Virus record (IMG/VR): IMGVR_UViG_3300033076_000047
Coordinates: 1-32,189 of that record
Source of the DNA: a virus
Taxonomy: Duplodnaviria > Caudoviricetes
Strand: one strand, 5' to 3'
DNA length: 32,189 nt
Part shown: one piece after another, positions 1 to 8,913 of the stretch
Position numbering within the stretch: position 1 is the first letter of the stretch
How the letters are laid out: each line of letters opens with the position of its first letter
Notes under the pieces: model-generated
What the model was told of the DNA's origin: nothing
Seen by the model: only the letters and a program-made list of their open reading frames with translations
Databases searched by the model: none
Made by a program: the position numbers and the translations under genes

Positions 1-167
1 AACAACACAATCGACAAAGTGACTACGCCAACAACGAACCACTTTGTGTCCTCACGAGCCATCCGAGCGACAGCATGAACGCCCACATCCACAGAACCAG
101 AAGAAACACCAGCACCGAAGTTACCGCCCGATCTACCCTGTGATTGCGTAGGAGTTCGCGTTGCCAC
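1..167 (-). CDS. 5' part of a probable small membrane protein, truncated at the left edge
   Basis: Own translation: open frame from GTG at 167 (or ATG at 62), ...MAREDTKWFVVGVVTLSIVL, running off the window; hydrophobic segment; overlaps the 3' end of the 254-aa gene. Confidence 0.4.
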   Translation of the reverse strand, partial: MATRTPTQSQGRSGGNFGAGVSSGSVDVGVHAVARMAREDTKWFVVGVVTLSIVL

Positions 168-787
168 TTTGCATCTCTTTCGTTTTTGCGTTTGAGTTGC
201 CTAGCAAACTCTTGTTCTTCCAAGATTAAGTCGTACATCTCAAGGAAACGGCTGTATATGTCCCGAAGTTCTTTCGGTGCATAGACCATCGATTCTCTGA
301 TTTGAACAGTCATATTCTCAAGCTGAAGCTCGATTTCTACCCTGTCAATCGCACTATCTTCAATTGTCGTTGTCGTTTTACTGACTTCTTCCAATTCAAG
401 GCAATGCGCTTTTAGTGTCCTGCGAATCTCAAAGAATGTTTTTAGTTGCTCACAGACTTGGTGAATTGCTTGGGTTTGATATTCCTCATAACTTAGCTCT
501 GGCTCTTTGCTATGTTTCTCAGTCTTCTTAGGCGTTGCAATCTCTTTCGCCACTGCTGGCGTTGGCGTTGGCTTAGTTTGATTGGCTTTCTTGTTGCCAA
601 ACAGACCCAAAAGCCAAGACCAAAGCCCAGTAACTTCGTTGTAGATTGCTTTTGCATCGCCTATCCCTTGTTCAACAGTCTTTTTGAGCTTGCTGATCTC
701 GGCCTTCCCTTCAGACAGCATCTGACAGCCTTTACGGACCGCTGCGACAGCCGCTTGTGCTGCCATGAGAAGGGAAATAGGGTCCAC
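23..787 (-). CDS. Hypothetical coiled-coil protein with C-terminal transmembrane helix (lysis-region gene)
   Basis: 254 aa; amphipathic N-terminus, charged helical core, C-terminal TM segment VLVFLLVLWMWAFMLSLGWLV; starts 1 nt after the 67-aa gene. Confidence 0.7.
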   Translation of the reverse strand: MDPISLLMAAQAAVAAVRKGCQMLSEGKAEISKLKKTVEQGIGDAKAIYNEVTGLWSWLLGLFGNKKANQTKPTPTPAVAKEIATPKKTEKHSKEPELSYEEYQTQAIHQVCEQLKTFFEIRRTLKAHCLELEEVSKTTTTIEDSAIDRVEIELQLENMTVQIRESMVYAPKELRDIYSRFLEMYDLILEEQEFARQLKRKNERDAKWQRELLRNHRVDRAVTSVLVFLLVLWMWAFMLSLGWLVRTQSGSLLA

Positions 788-788
788 A

Positions 789-992
789 TCACAAGCCGAT
801 CAGACGTTTGAAGAACTCAGCCGCAGCGCCTGGGCCAAACAACACAGACGCCAAAACCGCATAAATAAGATATTCCATCTTGTCCATGCGCTTCTTACCG
901 CTTTCAAATTGCTCGTTGATGCGCTCATAACGCAACGCGCAAACAGCCTCGTGACTATTTAAGCGCGCCTCTGTTTCGTCAATATCAGCCAT
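789..992 (-). CDS. Small coiled-coil plus TM protein, holin/XhlA-like candidate
   Basis: 67 aa; ARLNSHEAVCALRYERI coiled coil followed by hydrophobic YLIYAVLASVLFG; position after the tail genes. Confidence 0.6.
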   Translation of the reverse strand: MADIDETEARLNSHEAVCALRYERINEQFESGKKRMDKMEYLIYAVLASVLFGPGAAAEFFKRLIGL

Positions 993-994
993 GA

Positions 995-1735
995 TTATGA
1001 TTTCATAATGTACGCCAAAGCGTAGTAAGGTGGCAGATTGGCATTGGTTCCGCTTACGCCAGTGCTTGTGTTGGTTGTTGCAACCGTAATGCCAGTGGTG
1101 TTGGAGTTGATAACAATATCAGCCGCCAGTGTGTCAGCACCAGAAACAACATAACCAGTACCTGTTGCAGAATCAGAAACATCTGTCAAAGTGTGAGTGT
1201 GACCAGGGTCTGTAACAACAGATGTTGCTGTGTGCGTGTGGCTAACAACAATCGCATCGGCAGAACCGCCTTGACCACCAACAGAATAATTGTTACCAGC
1301 TCCAACAATAAAGCGGTCACGCAAATCAGGCGTTGAATTGTTACCGTCACACAACAGCCAACCAGCAGGAATTGAGCCAATTGAGCCAGACCACAAAGAA
1401 ATCAAACCAGCAGGAATGGTTGTTCCACCGCCAGACGACACAGCGTTTGGGATGCCATAAATATTGTCGTATGTGCCAATTGTGATGTTGTCGCTGTTGG
1501 CAAGGACAAATTTATAGCTATAACCATCAGTCAGCCAGATTTCTTGTGGCGGCCTGCCATCAGTTCCCAAAATAATTGGGTTTGAGTTGGCGACCAAAGC
1601 GCTTGGGTCTGTGTATGTGGTTACTGGAGAAGTTGAGCCAGCCTGATAAACATAAAGCAAGCCACCGTTCAACGGCAAGCCAAGGTTTGAAAAGAACTGT
1701 TGTCCGTTACCAATGGGTGAAAGATTTACTGCCAT
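995..1735 (-). CDS. Tail fibre/spike-like protein with tail-collar domain
   Basis: N-terminal QFF..G.PL.GG.LY.Y.AG attachment-type motif; collar motif IPAGWLLCDGNNSTPDLRDRFIVGAG; HTH metal-knot motifs; C-terminal NLPPYYALAYIMK. Confidence 0.8.
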   Translation of the reverse strand: MAVNLSPIGNGQQFFSNLGLPLNGGLLYVYQAGSTSPVTTYTDPSALVANSNPIILGTDGRPPQEIWLTDGYSYKFVLANSDNITIGTYDNIYGIPNAVSSGGGTTIPAGLISLWSGSIGSIPAGWLLCDGNNSTPDLRDRFIVGAGNNYSVGGQGGSADAIVVSHTHTATSVVTDPGHTHTLTDVSDSATGTGYVVSGADTLAADIVINSNTTGITVATTNTSTGVSGTNANLPPYYALAYIMKS

Positions 1736-1737
1736 TT

Positions 1738-3774
1738 TTAGTCCTTAGTTAAGCCGCCATAAGGATTCAACGCTTCTTTTGCGAATCCTTCTTTGTTTAG
1801 TTTTTGCATGAATTGTCTGGTTAATCCAACAGCAGGAATTGATGCGCCACCTGTCATAGCCGCTAATTTAGCCTCACCAGCACCAACCAAACCTTGTTTG
1901 GCCATGTCAGCCAACATTCCACTATAAGTGTTTGAATAGTTGAATGTGCCTGTTTTTGGCATACCAATTTTGCTGGTCAAAAGACCAAGTTCTGTAACAT
2001 CTTGCATGGCTTCAGGCGACAAAGTTTCACGCAAGACAGATTTGTTTTGCTTGTAAAACTTGGCAAATTGTTCAGGAGTCAAATTGCGACCACTTGCGTT
2101 GACAGCCGCGTTTTTGGCTCGTTCCAATTCGCTAAATGCGATGGATTGATTTGCAAGATCATCGCCTTCAAGTTCTACTTTCATGCGTCTAATGGCTTCT
2201 GGTGTTCCATTAGCGACATATTTTTTGTGGAACTTTTCAGCATTAAGGCTCTCGCCTTGTGATGTTGCTTCTTCCAAAGTGCCTGCCTCTTTTACCGCCG
2301 CACGATATGCAGGATTAGATTTAAGAACTTCAGCACGTTCACGAACCAACTTACGAGCATTGTCAGCCAAAGCCTTTAATTGGATAGCTTGTGGACTACC
2401 TGTGTTCTCGCCAAAAATAGGCAAGTTTTCAAGTTCTTGACGAACAATGTAAGCGGCAGCTCTTGCGTTTCCATTTGAGCTTGAGCGCATTTCATTTGCC
2501 AAGTTAGTCCTCAAAGCCTCATACGCTTCAAATGTTGGATTGGCGTAGAACTCACTCAAATCAGAAGTGATGGCAGGCGACAAGTGGCTTGTCTTCAATT
2601 GTGAAGTCAAGTTCTTTTTAATGTTGGCATCCAAACTTTGAATGTCAATTGGAAATTGACCACCATTAGCTTCTTGAAGTGCTTTGTAAGCCTCGCTGAT
2701 TGCTTTAGTTCGAACTTGGTCTTTTGCTGCCAAGCCGTTAATCATGTTTTGACCCAATTCAGACGCATCAGCATTAGATGGAATGTCAGGAGCATGACGT
2801 TGTTTAGACATTTCAAAAGCATTTGCAACTTGAACTGGTTGCTCGTTAAAGTGAGCGCCAAGAGCTTCAGTTTCTCCGCGCTTATTCCATTCTTGGGAAT
2901 AAAGCTGCGTGTCGCCTGTGCGTTGACCTGTTGTTAAATTAACTCCATGTTTTTCTTCCAAAGCGCGTGTTTCCAAAGCAGGAATGTTCACAGATTGAAC
3001 AGGCTTACTTTGAATGTGAGCTTGTAGTTCTGGCGATGCTGTTGACAAAGCAGCATCAATGTTGCCACGCAAAACATTTTCAGGAACAGCCGCAGCAGCA
3101 CCACCAGATTGCATTGCGCTTGGCTTGCCTGTCTTTTCAACACGCACCGTTGGCAATTCTGCTCGTAACTTTTCAAATCCAGCCTTTAACTGGGCAGGCG
3201 CTCCCATAGCTTGCTCAACAGCAGGACCAGCAACAGAAGCCAAACCAGCAGCTTCTGGCACACCAATAGGCGGTAATTTGCTTGCTTCAAAAGCACGTTG
3301 CAGATTTTGAACGTACTCTTGGCCTTGTGGTGTGCGTGGTTGATAAACCATTTGTCCCATCAAGTTTTTGGCTTGTTCTTCTGCCGCTTGAACGCCAGCT
3401 TGTGTGCCATAACCACCAGAACGCAAACCAGCCACAACACCAGTAGCAGCCGCCAAAGGAGCAGCAACAGCACCAGTTAAGGCTGTAAGTCCAGCCTCTC
3501 CCATGCCTTTTACTTGTTGGCGCATCTCAAACGCTTTTTTAATTGCGTCTGTGACCATGCCACCAGATTGTTGTTTTAATTGAGCAGGAGTTGCCGCAGG
3601 CGTGGTTTCCCACAAGTCAGCAATAGTCGCGCCTTGTGGCTGTGCCATTGGTTCATTGATCTCAATACCACCTTTGTAGGTACTGAATGACTTTTGTTTA
3701 GGGGCAATAACGTCAGAAGTGCCACCTTTAGGCTTTACTTCTGGTTCACCCCAAAGGTCAGCAACTGTTGCCAT
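1738..3774 (-). CDS. DNA ejection / internal virion protein (P22 gp16-like position)
   Basis: 678 aa, Ala/Gln/Gly-rich helical; last of three consecutive genes after the tail hub, as in P22 gp7-gp20-gp16. Confidence 0.65.
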   Translation of the reverse strand: MATVADLWGEPEVKPKGGTSDVIAPKQKSFSTYKGGIEINEPMAQPQGATIADLWETTPAATPAQLKQQSGGMVTDAIKKAFEMRQQVKGMGEAGLTALTGAVAAPLAAATGVVAGLRSGGYGTQAGVQAAEEQAKNLMGQMVYQPRTPQGQEYVQNLQRAFEASKLPPIGVPEAAGLASVAGPAVEQAMGAPAQLKAGFEKLRAELPTVRVEKTGKPSAMQSGGAAAAVPENVLRGNIDAALSTASPELQAHIQSKPVQSVNIPALETRALEEKHGVNLTTGQRTGDTQLYSQEWNKRGETEALGAHFNEQPVQVANAFEMSKQRHAPDIPSNADASELGQNMINGLAAKDQVRTKAISEAYKALQEANGGQFPIDIQSLDANIKKNLTSQLKTSHLSPAITSDLSEFYANPTFEAYEALRTNLANEMRSSSNGNARAAAYIVRQELENLPIFGENTGSPQAIQLKALADNARKLVRERAEVLKSNPAYRAAVKEAGTLEEATSQGESLNAEKFHKKYVANGTPEAIRRMKVELEGDDLANQSIAFSELERAKNAAVNASGRNLTPEQFAKFYKQNKSVLRETLSPEAMQDVTELGLLTSKIGMPKTGTFNYSNTYSGMLADMAKQGLVGAGEAKLAAMTGGASIPAVGLTRQFMQKLNKEGFAKEALNPYGGLTKD

Positions 3775-5084
3775 TATTGTGTCAATCCCATTTGTTTCAG
3801 CAGTTGAACACGGCGACCAAAATCAGCAATTTCAGCCTTGGACATTCTAGCTTTCATTCTAGCCACATCCTCTGGCGTTGCCTCTTGGAACAAGCGTGGG
3901 TCAGCCACTTGATTGAATACGTTGAGTTTTTCTTGATACTTGGCAGAATCTTGTGCAACAGGAGCAAGGAACTGAGCTTTTGCTTGGTTCATTTTTTCAA
4001 TACCAATCATTTGGTTTGAAATTTCCTTAATTGCGCGTTCGTTCAACTTCTTGTTTGGATTAGCAATTTCAGCCAACGAACGGGCAGCGTCTGTGTTACC
4101 ACCAGCCAAAGCCAGCAATGCAGAGTTCTTTGCCAATTCTTCAGTAGAAACTTTTTCGGCTTCATAAGCAGAAATGCCAACAGCGTTAAGAATACCAGCC
4201 GCCAATTCCTTGCGTGAGCCACCAGTGCCAGTAAACGCATCAGGAGCAAATTTCTTGATGTTTTGGAAAATTGCAATTCGTGGCTGTGCTTCAGTTGCGG
4301 CTTTTTGTGTTCTAGACCAATCTTCATTGGTCACATTAGTGGCAGCAGCGCCAGCAGGAGAAATACCAGTTGCCAACGCTGGAGCGCCAGTAGCTTGTGC
4401 GCCTGCTGGACCTTTGACATAAGGTGTGCCAGGTGGCAGACCTGTTCCATCGCCAGGCTGTGCAACCAATTGTTGTGTTGGTGGCAGTTGTGTTGTGTAA
4501 GCTGTGCCAGGTACAACCGAGCCAGCAGGCTGTGGCCCAAACTCACCAGTTTGAACTGTGTAACCACCAGCGCCTGTATTAACGCCAACACCACTTGCTG
4601 CAAGTGCAGATGTACGAGCGCCTTCATCCAAACCTTGAATGTGACGTTCTTTGTAATATTGACGCAAAGCCGCAGGATTGGTTGTTGCCAATTCAACATA
4701 AGGAGCAAGCAATTGGTCTGCTTGTTCTTGTGAAATGCCCAATGCTTTTGCGGTTGTCATGCCATTACGCTTAACAAGTTCAGCCAATTTTGCAGGGTCA
4801 ACAGCACTTGGATTTTGCTCTGCGGCAATAACCAAAGGGTTGTTAATCATGGAAATTTGGCTGTCAGCAATGTGCTTAAAACGTTTCTGTTGCAGACTCA
4901 TTGTGTCTGTTTCAGTTTTGAGCTTTGATTGTTTTGTTGCTTCTTGGGCTTGTTCAAGAGCCAAAGGGTTTACTTGTTCAGCTTGACGGAAAGCCTGTGC
5001 GTTACGCGCAATGCTCACCATGTCGCCAAGGCTCATGCCTTCTGCTGGTTTAATCCCTAATGCAACTGGTGTGAAATCAGCCAT
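3774..5084 (-). CDS. DNA ejection protein (P22 gp20-like position)
   Basis: 436 aa, Ala/Gln-rich; stop overlaps the next start (TAATG); synteny. Confidence 0.65.
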   Translation of the reverse strand: MADFTPVALGIKPAEGMSLGDMVSIARNAQAFRQAEQVNPLALEQAQEATKQSKLKTETDTMSLQQKRFKHIADSQISMINNPLVIAAEQNPSAVDPAKLAELVKRNGMTTAKALGISQEQADQLLAPYVELATTNPAALRQYYKERHIQGLDEGARTSALAASGVGVNTGAGGYTVQTGEFGPQPAGSVVPGTAYTTQLPPTQQLVAQPGDGTGLPPGTPYVKGPAGAQATGAPALATGISPAGAAATNVTNEDWSRTQKAATEAQPRIAIFQNIKKFAPDAFTGTGGSRKELAAGILNAVGISAYEAEKVSTEELAKNSALLALAGGNTDAARSLAEIANPNKKLNERAIKEISNQMIGIEKMNQAKAQFLAPVAQDSAKYQEKLNVFNQVADPRLFQEATPEDVARMKARMSKAEIADFGRRVQLLKQMGLTQ

Positions 5085-5093
5085 GATGTTTCC

Positions 5094-5819
5094 TTATGCC
5101 GCAGTAAATTCTGACATTTGAACAGGTGTGCCATATCCAGCTGGCGCAGCAGTAGGAGCAACTTGAGGCTTCAACATTTGAGACAACATATAGTTGTTGG
5201 CAGTATTTGTCAAAGCACCACCCCAAGCGTTTGCAGAACCAATTGTTCCAGCGGCTTGTGCTGTTCCAGCATTTGAAATTGCTTGTCCAATGTTTGCGCC
5301 AGCAGTTGTACTTGCTTGACCAGTCTGACCAAGAGATGTTTGACCCAAACCAGCAATTGATGCCAATGTGTTGTAAATGTTGCCACGTTGAGTTTGGTAA
5401 CGATTAAACGCATTAGCATACTCTTGGCTAGCTTGACCTTGTGTGTAATCTTGCAGACCAGTTAACGCATTACCACTCAAAGCACCACCACCAAGGTTTG
5501 CTTGGCGCATTGCTTGTTCTTGACCCATTTTCAAACGGAAAGCGTAACCAGGGTCTATGCCTTCTTGAAAATCTTTAGCATCAAATTGATGCTGAAGATA
5601 TGGCTTCATTGCAGCAATATCGCTCAAAGACGCATAACCAGCTTCACGATATGGAGCTTGTTGTTCGTTTTGAATATCGAACATCTGCTTTTGAACGTCA
5701 GCAGATTTTGTCGCCGCTTTTGCTTGGATATTAGCCGCATCTTTTGCAGCTTTAGAACCCATATACGCACTAGCAAGTTGCGACCCGCCAACGATTACTG
5801 CTGCTGTTACCCATGACAT
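5094..5819 (-). CDS. DNA transfer/ejection protein, P22 gp7-like
   Basis: Hydrophobic Gly/Ala N-terminus, PY..AG..L motif, DPGYAFRL..G...GG.LSG...L.DY.QG.ASQEY.NAF motif typical of this class. Confidence 0.75.
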   Translation of the reverse strand: MSWVTAAVIVGGSQLASAYMGSKAAKDAANIQAKAATKSADVQKQMFDIQNEQQAPYREAGYASLSDIAAMKPYLQHQFDAKDFQEGIDPGYAFRLKMGQEQAMRQANLGGGALSGNALTGLQDYTQGQASQEYANAFNRYQTQRGNIYNTLASIAGLGQTSLGQTGQASTTAGANIGQAISNAGTAQAAGTIGSANAWGGALTNTANNYMLSQMLKPQVAPTAAPAGYGTPVQMSEFTAA

Positions 5820-5820
5820 A

Positions 5821-6264
5821 TTATTTACCCTCTAAGGCTTGAACCTTAAGTTTGTTGCTTGAATCAAACAATGCCAGCTCATCTGGCTCAATCAATTCTT
5901 TCTCAATCTTGTCAAGATTTATCTTGTTTGTTTTATGAAAAGTAATGCCAATTGCATCTGTAACAGCCAAAGTAACGCGCTTTGTGCCTGCTTTTGATGC
6001 CAATACATCACCCTCATTTAACGTAACCATTCCTTTTTCTGACCAAGCAATGATTTGACCCTTGGCGCACAAAAAGAAATGGTCTTTTTTGTGGACTTTG
6101 CCAACAATTAAAGTTCCTGCTGGCCTAATCAACTTTCGGCAATACATACCACCTGAAAAATAATGCTCAGTTTCCAATTCGGCCTGTGGCATCTTTATCA
6201 TTTCATGCTGCAAACGCTCAATTTCCTCAAGCGTTGGCGTGTGGCTTTGAACTAATGCTGTCAT
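5821..6264 (-). CDS. Cupin-fold protein in the virion module
   Basis: HYFSGGMYCRKLIRPAGTLIVGKVHKKDHFF...KR...A.TD...TFH; start moved to ATG 6264, just after the upstream stop at 6266-6268. Confidence 0.65.
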   Translation of the reverse strand: MTALVQSHTPTLEEIERLQHEMIKMPQAELETEHYFSGGMYCRKLIRPAGTLIVGKVHKKDHFFLCAKGQIIAWSEKGMVTLNEGDVLASKAGTKRVTLAVTDAIGITFHKTNKINLDKIEKELIEPDELALFDSSNKLKVQALEGK

Positions 6265-6265
6265 G

Positions 6266-6508
6266 TCATTGATTGTAATAGGGAACTTTAAAAGGTTGCC
6301 CATTTACTGTGATGTTTATGAAGCCAACAGGGTTAGCAGGCAACGTTGGACCGCCTGATTGCGTACTAGCCGAATCAGACGATGAAAAGTTCAACAAGTT
6401 CAAAAAGAACTGCTGCCAAGCCCTTGTCGGTCTTTTTGTCGCTCCATCGAGAAACTCAGACTGAGGATAAGGGTTTACCTGTGATGAACTATAAAGACCG
6501 TTTGACAT
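6266..6508 (-). CDS. Small hypothetical virion protein (tail-needle gene position)
   Basis: 80 aa; TRAWQQFF motif and LPANPVGFINITVNG..KVPYY C-terminus; coupled to the gp10-like stop (TAATG). Confidence 0.65.
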   Translation of the reverse strand: MSNGLYSSSQVNPYPQSEFLDGATKRPTRAWQQFFLNLLNFSSSDSASTQSGGPTLPANPVGFINITVNGQPFKVPYYNQ

Positions 6509-8904
6509 TAGTTTTCTGCTCCAGACATTTTCAGATTAGCCGAAACAATGACCATTTTCACAGGGTCAGTAACTGAAACCTCAAAAACCCTGTCACGGGC
6601 CATGCCCAAACGCCGCCAGATGGCACGATTCTTGTATTTGCCTTTTTGACCCACAGAAGTCCAATATTCTTTGGACCATGTAGAGCCACCATCATTTGAC
6701 CAGCGCAACATTGCTTGTGGGTACGTTGTTGGCAACGATTCGTTCAACGAGCCAGTTGTTCCAATAATGTAGATGCCAAAAGGCAAAATTGTGTAGGTTT
6801 GATCTGGAGCAATCACCAAAGGGTCAGAAATGTTGATTCCGTAGCCAAAATTTGAAAGACCAGTTGTGCCAACACCAGGCTGGAACTGGATTTGCAGTTC
6901 TTCAAAATACTGGCGTTGAAAATCAGACACAAGGTGTGGCGCTCTGCGAACCCTGCGGATGTGCTGACCATCATCCGTGTAAACCTCGTTGTCAAGCTCG
7001 TAAATCTTGCCGTTTTCATAGTCTCCAACAAGAATCATGCCTTGGAACAACGCCGAACAGCTACCACGATGGCGCGTAAACTGGTTCTGATTGGTGTTGT
7101 AAAGCCATTTGTGCCACATTCCTGTTGCTATGTCATAAGCCCATGTCAATTCTATTGACGGGAAACTTACAACATAGATTTCATGGCCTTCAAGCTGGTA
7201 AGTCCAAGCATAAGCATCATCCACATATTCATTTGCCAATGTGTTCTCAACAGCGTGAGTTGAAATGCGAGTTGGCACATAACCATTCATTTGCATGATT
7301 TGCGCTTGACCACGGTTATTGCGTGAAACGTAAGCAAACGAGTTGCCCAATCGAGAAACCGAATCTTTTGCCGCAATGCCGTGTTGGGTAGATGTGCCAG
7401 GGATGCGCTGGAATGGGAATGGGAAAGCCCCCACATCTGTCCAAACTTCAGATGAAGTTTCACCCATTAGATAAACTTCACGATGGTCAACAATCAGAGC
7501 AACCAGATTGTCTGGCGCTCCATCTTTTGAACCAAAGCTCAGACCAGAACTGATTGGAGACAACACATTAGAAGACCCCCATTGTTGGGAATCTTTACGG
7601 CTGTAAACAAAGTAGTTGTCAATTATGTCAACTGTTGTGCCACCAACAAAAGGACCATCATTCGTTGGAATGATTGTGTAATCCAAAGCATAGATTGTTT
7701 CGCCTTCAGACGAATACATTTGCCGTGAGGCAATCGTTTGTGATTGGTCAACCGTGTAACTTGTGCCGCTAATTGCAGTAATGGTTACAGCAGTTGTGGT
7801 GCTGGTGTTCCATGTGCTACCGCTACCGCTACCGCTAATGTTTGATGTGATGCGAGTGCCAGGCGGCACGTTTGTGCCAGTAAGCACTTGACCCACAGAA
7901 ATAGTGCCAGATGACAAAACGCCAATAGTCAAAATGCCTGTTGTGCCAGCAATGACAGAGCCAGTTGATGCAAATGTGTTTACAGCGGTAATCTTGGTTG
8001 ATGCCAAAACATTTGCGCCGTACACATATTGATCAACCGCCAAAGAGCCAGAAATCACGTTCGTTGCGCTTAACACAGTGCCTGAAATTTGACCTGTGAA
8101 AGACGCATCGTATGCTGGAGTATTTTGGTCGTTGTTGACCGTATAGCTTCCAGTTCCACCAGTTCCAGAGCCAAATCCAGTAATGATGGTTGTGTTGGTC
8201 ATGCCTGTGCCTTGGATTGTTTGCCCAAGGTAAAGCGTTCCGCTTGTTACAGAATTAACATAAAGGTCAGTTCCAACAACTTGACCATTGAAAATTGCAC
8301 CAACACTTGAAGAAGTCAGGCTTCTGCTTGAAACAGTTGACGAACTGCTTAAAGTGTATGTGCCAAGGCCACCGCTACCAGTTCCAAAAGCAGTAATAAC
8401 TGTTTCAGGGTTTACGCCCAAACCAACAACCGTTTGACCGACTGCAATAGTCCCAGAATCAACACGAGTCACGGTTAATGTTGTTGTGGAAATTGAGCCT
8501 TCAAACACAGCAACAGTTGGGTTTGAAATGCGCCATGTGTAACGGTAATTGCCATCCACAATATAGACGTTTATGCCGTTGTCAGTAATGCCAACACGAC
8601 CAGTTGATGTGTTCAATGTGCCGACAAGAAGCGGCGACAAATTTGAGTTCAACACATAAACATAAGCGCCACAAACAACAACCATCTGTTGACCACCAGA
8701 GACGGTGCGCATACCACGCACTTCCTGCTGGTTTGGCAAGATTGACTTTGTAACAAGACCTGGCGTTGGGTAAAGAGCAACAACGCCCCTTTCGCCTGGC
8801 TGCTTTAATGGGTCAATCTCAGCATAGAAATTGATGCACTCTTGAGCATCTTGGTAGATGCTTGGAGCTTCATAACTTGGGCCAACAAAGCCAAAATCAG
8901 CCAT
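6508..8904 (-). CDS. Tail hub / packaged-DNA stabilization protein (P22 gp10-like) with inserted beta-repeat domains
   Basis: CINFYAE, LYPTPGL, D.PD.LV, GETSSEVW, YQLEGH..Y, LRWSNDGG.TW, WRRLG.ARDRVFEV motifs; about 270-aa Thr/Gly/Ser-rich insert. Confidence 0.85.
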   Translation of the reverse strand: MADFGFVGPSYEAPSIYQDAQECINFYAEIDPLKQPGERGVVALYPTPGLVTKSILPNQQEVRGMRTVSGGQQMVVVCGAYVYVLNSNLSPLLVGTLNTSTGRVGITDNGINVYIVDGNYRYTWRISNPTVAVFEGSISTTTLTVTRVDSGTIAVGQTVVGLGVNPETVITAFGTGSGGLGTYTLSSSSTVSSRSLTSSSVGAIFNGQVVGTDLYVNSVTSGTLYLGQTIQGTGMTNTTIITGFGSGTGGTGSYTVNNDQNTPAYDASFTGQISGTVLSATNVISGSLAVDQYVYGANVLASTKITAVNTFASTGSVIAGTTGILTIGVLSSGTISVGQVLTGTNVPPGTRITSNISGSGSGSTWNTSTTTAVTITAISGTSYTVDQSQTIASRQMYSSEGETIYALDYTIIPTNDGPFVGGTTVDIIDNYFVYSRKDSQQWGSSNVLSPISSGLSFGSKDGAPDNLVALIVDHREVYLMGETSSEVWTDVGAFPFPFQRIPGTSTQHGIAAKDSVSRLGNSFAYVSRNNRGQAQIMQMNGYVPTRISTHAVENTLANEYVDDAYAWTYQLEGHEIYVVSFPSIELTWAYDIATGMWHKWLYNTNQNQFTRHRGSCSALFQGMILVGDYENGKIYELDNEVYTDDGQHIRRVRRAPHLVSDFQRQYFEELQIQFQPGVGTTGLSNFGYGINISDPLVIAPDQTYTILPFGIYIIGTTGSLNESLPTTYPQAMLRWSNDGGSTWSKEYWTSVGQKGKYKNRAIWRRLGMARDRVFEVSVTDPVKMVIVSANLKMSGAEN

Positions 8905-8913
8905 ATCAATCCC

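Noticed and set aside
7819-7837. GCTACC tandem repeat
   Set aside because: In-frame Gly-Ser linker coding (SGSGSGS); no sign of phase variation
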